This document shows, one piece after another, positions 62,877 through 64,000 of a stretch of DNA of 64,000 nt. Both the position numbers and the translations under genes were made by a program. Origin of the DNA: a virus (lineage: Duplodnaviria > Caudoviricetes); the IMG/VR virus record IMGVR_UViG_3300005805_000002, positions 10,190 to 74,189 of that record. The stretch is one strand, 5' to 3'. The notes under the pieces are model-generated. The model saw nothing but the letters and a program-made list of their open reading frames with translations, was not told where the DNA came from and searched no databases. Each line of letters starts with the position of its first letter. Position 1 is the first letter of the stretch.

Positions 62877-64000
62877 TGCCTTCCGGAATTGAACTTTCAA
62901 GTGGCGTAGTCGTCGGCTCTCCGAAATCGCTCGACGCGAAATACGGACCTTACGACACCGTTGCACTCGCTCTCGCTGATCTCACTTCTAGTCTGCGCTA
63001 CCAAGGTCTCACGGTCGGCATCAAGAGCGGGGGTTCCATCGTGGAGTATTGGTTCAAAGACGGCACCGCAGATGCAAACTTCGTTGAGAAGGTAGTCGCG
63101 GCCAACTGGGATACTCTACTTAATAAACCGTCCACGTTCGCCCCATCTTCTCACACACATCCGATCAGCGAAGTGACGAACTTGCAGACGATACTGGACG
63201 GCAAGCAACCCAGTGGAAACTACGCCACTCTCGAAAGTGGCAAGGTGCCAGCAAGCCAATTGCCGTCCTACGTCGATGACGTGTTGGAGTTTTCTTCGCA
63301 GGCCACCCTTCCCGCAACGGGTGAGACAGGGAAAATTTACGTCGCTCTCGACACTAACAAAATCTACCGCTGGTCTGGTTCTACTTACGTCGAGATTTCT
63401 TCAGGCACTACTGGCACTACTGATTGGAATGCTCTCACCAATAAACCTTCGACGTTTCCGCCATCATCTCACACGCACCAGATAAGCGAAGTGACCGGGT
63501 TGGAGACCGCGCTAGAGCAGAAAGAGTCTAGAATATCTTTCGCTGCCGGAGGGGTGACAAATGCCGATTCCGTAGTGCCAGCCGGAAGGAACCAAATTTT
63601 CACGTTTGAATCATACAACTTCTCACAAAACAGAAGTGTCACTTTGCCAAGGTCGAATGATGGGGCGCAGCCCGGAGATACCCTGACCTTCACCCACAAA
63701 GCCCAGTTCCACGTCGGGGGACCGTGGAGCGTCGTTCTCAGACAATATGAGGTAGTCGCACCCCAAGGGAGTCCGCAATACGGCACTGGTTTTACAAACC
63801 TGATAACTCTGGCTGATGGAGAGACTGTCGAACTGGTTGCAGTTGGTGGTGGTGGTAACACTCCCGTCACTTGGACGATCAAGAACCTCTCAACGCACAC
63901 GCACCCAACAGCTACGACTACAACGTCGGGGTTCATGTCGTCCAGTGACAAGACAAAGCTCGACGGCATTGCCAGCGGAGCCGAGGTCAACGTCAATGCG
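62876..64000 (+). CDS. Fibre protein with phage tail repeats, 3'-truncated
   Basis: Frame translates MPSGIELSSG... to the window end. Two W..L.NKPSTF.PSSHTH.ISEV..L repeats; GKVPASQLPSYVDDVLE...LPATGETGKIYVALDTNKIYRWSGSTYVEIS. Absent from the ORF track because it has no stop in the window. Confidence 0.75.
   Translation, partial: MPSGIELSSGVVVGSPKSLDAKYGPYDTVALALADLTSSLRYQGLTVGIKSGGSIVEYWFKDGTADANFVEKVVAANWDTLLNKPSTFAPSSHTHPISEVTNLQTILDGKQPSGNYATLESGKVPASQLPSYVDDVLEFSSQATLPATGETGKIYVALDTNKIYRWSGSTYVEISSGTTGTTDWNALTNKPSTFPPSSHTHQISEVTGLETALEQKESRISFAAGGVTNADSVVPAGRNQIFTFESYNFSQNRSVTLPRSNDGAQPGDTLTFTHKAQFHVGGPWSVVLRQYEVVAPQGSPQYGTGFTNLITLADGETVELVAVGGGGNTPVTWTIKNLSTHTHPTATTTTSGFMSSSDKTKLDGIASGAEVNVNA

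Overview
The window is most of a tailed dsDNA phage genome, probably temperate and podovirus-like. Layout: 1-21.4 kb (+) tail-fibre end, Cys-rich and glycosyltransferase-like genes, and internal-virion genes including a 4081-aa protein. 21.4-37.3 kb (-) accessory/early region of mostly small genes, with an AAA+/VWA/DUF3150-like trio and two DNA glycosylase-type genes. 37.3-39.4 kb control region with a ~0.9-kb ORF-poor structured stretch, an HTH gene and G/C-tract repeats. 39.4-53.8 kb (-) replication/recombination genes (dCMP deaminase, primase-helicase, family-A polymerase, SF2 helicase fused to a PD-(D/E)XK nuclease, RuvC-like resolvase, excisionase-like HTH, tandem RHH, tyrosine integrase). 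~53.97 kb attP-like copy of a tRNA-fMet 3' end. 54-64 kb (+) terminase, portal, scaffold, major capsid and fibre genes. The most unusual signals are non-coding: (1) twelve full copies and one half copy of a 20-bp palindrome, which frequently contains a gene's stop codon and precedes an A/C-rich leader without a Shine-Dalgarno site, dividing the early region into cassette-like units; (2) a ~890-nt hairpin-dense candidate large ncRNA between two of these palindromes; (3) a 158-nt tRNA-like RNA whose anticodon loop is replaced by a ~80-nt structured insert; (4) a second motif, GGTTTAAGA, mostly just upstream of genes; (5) a structured leader before the capsid gene. All family assignments come from motifs read by eye and recalled family signatures. 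No database searches or folding programs were run.
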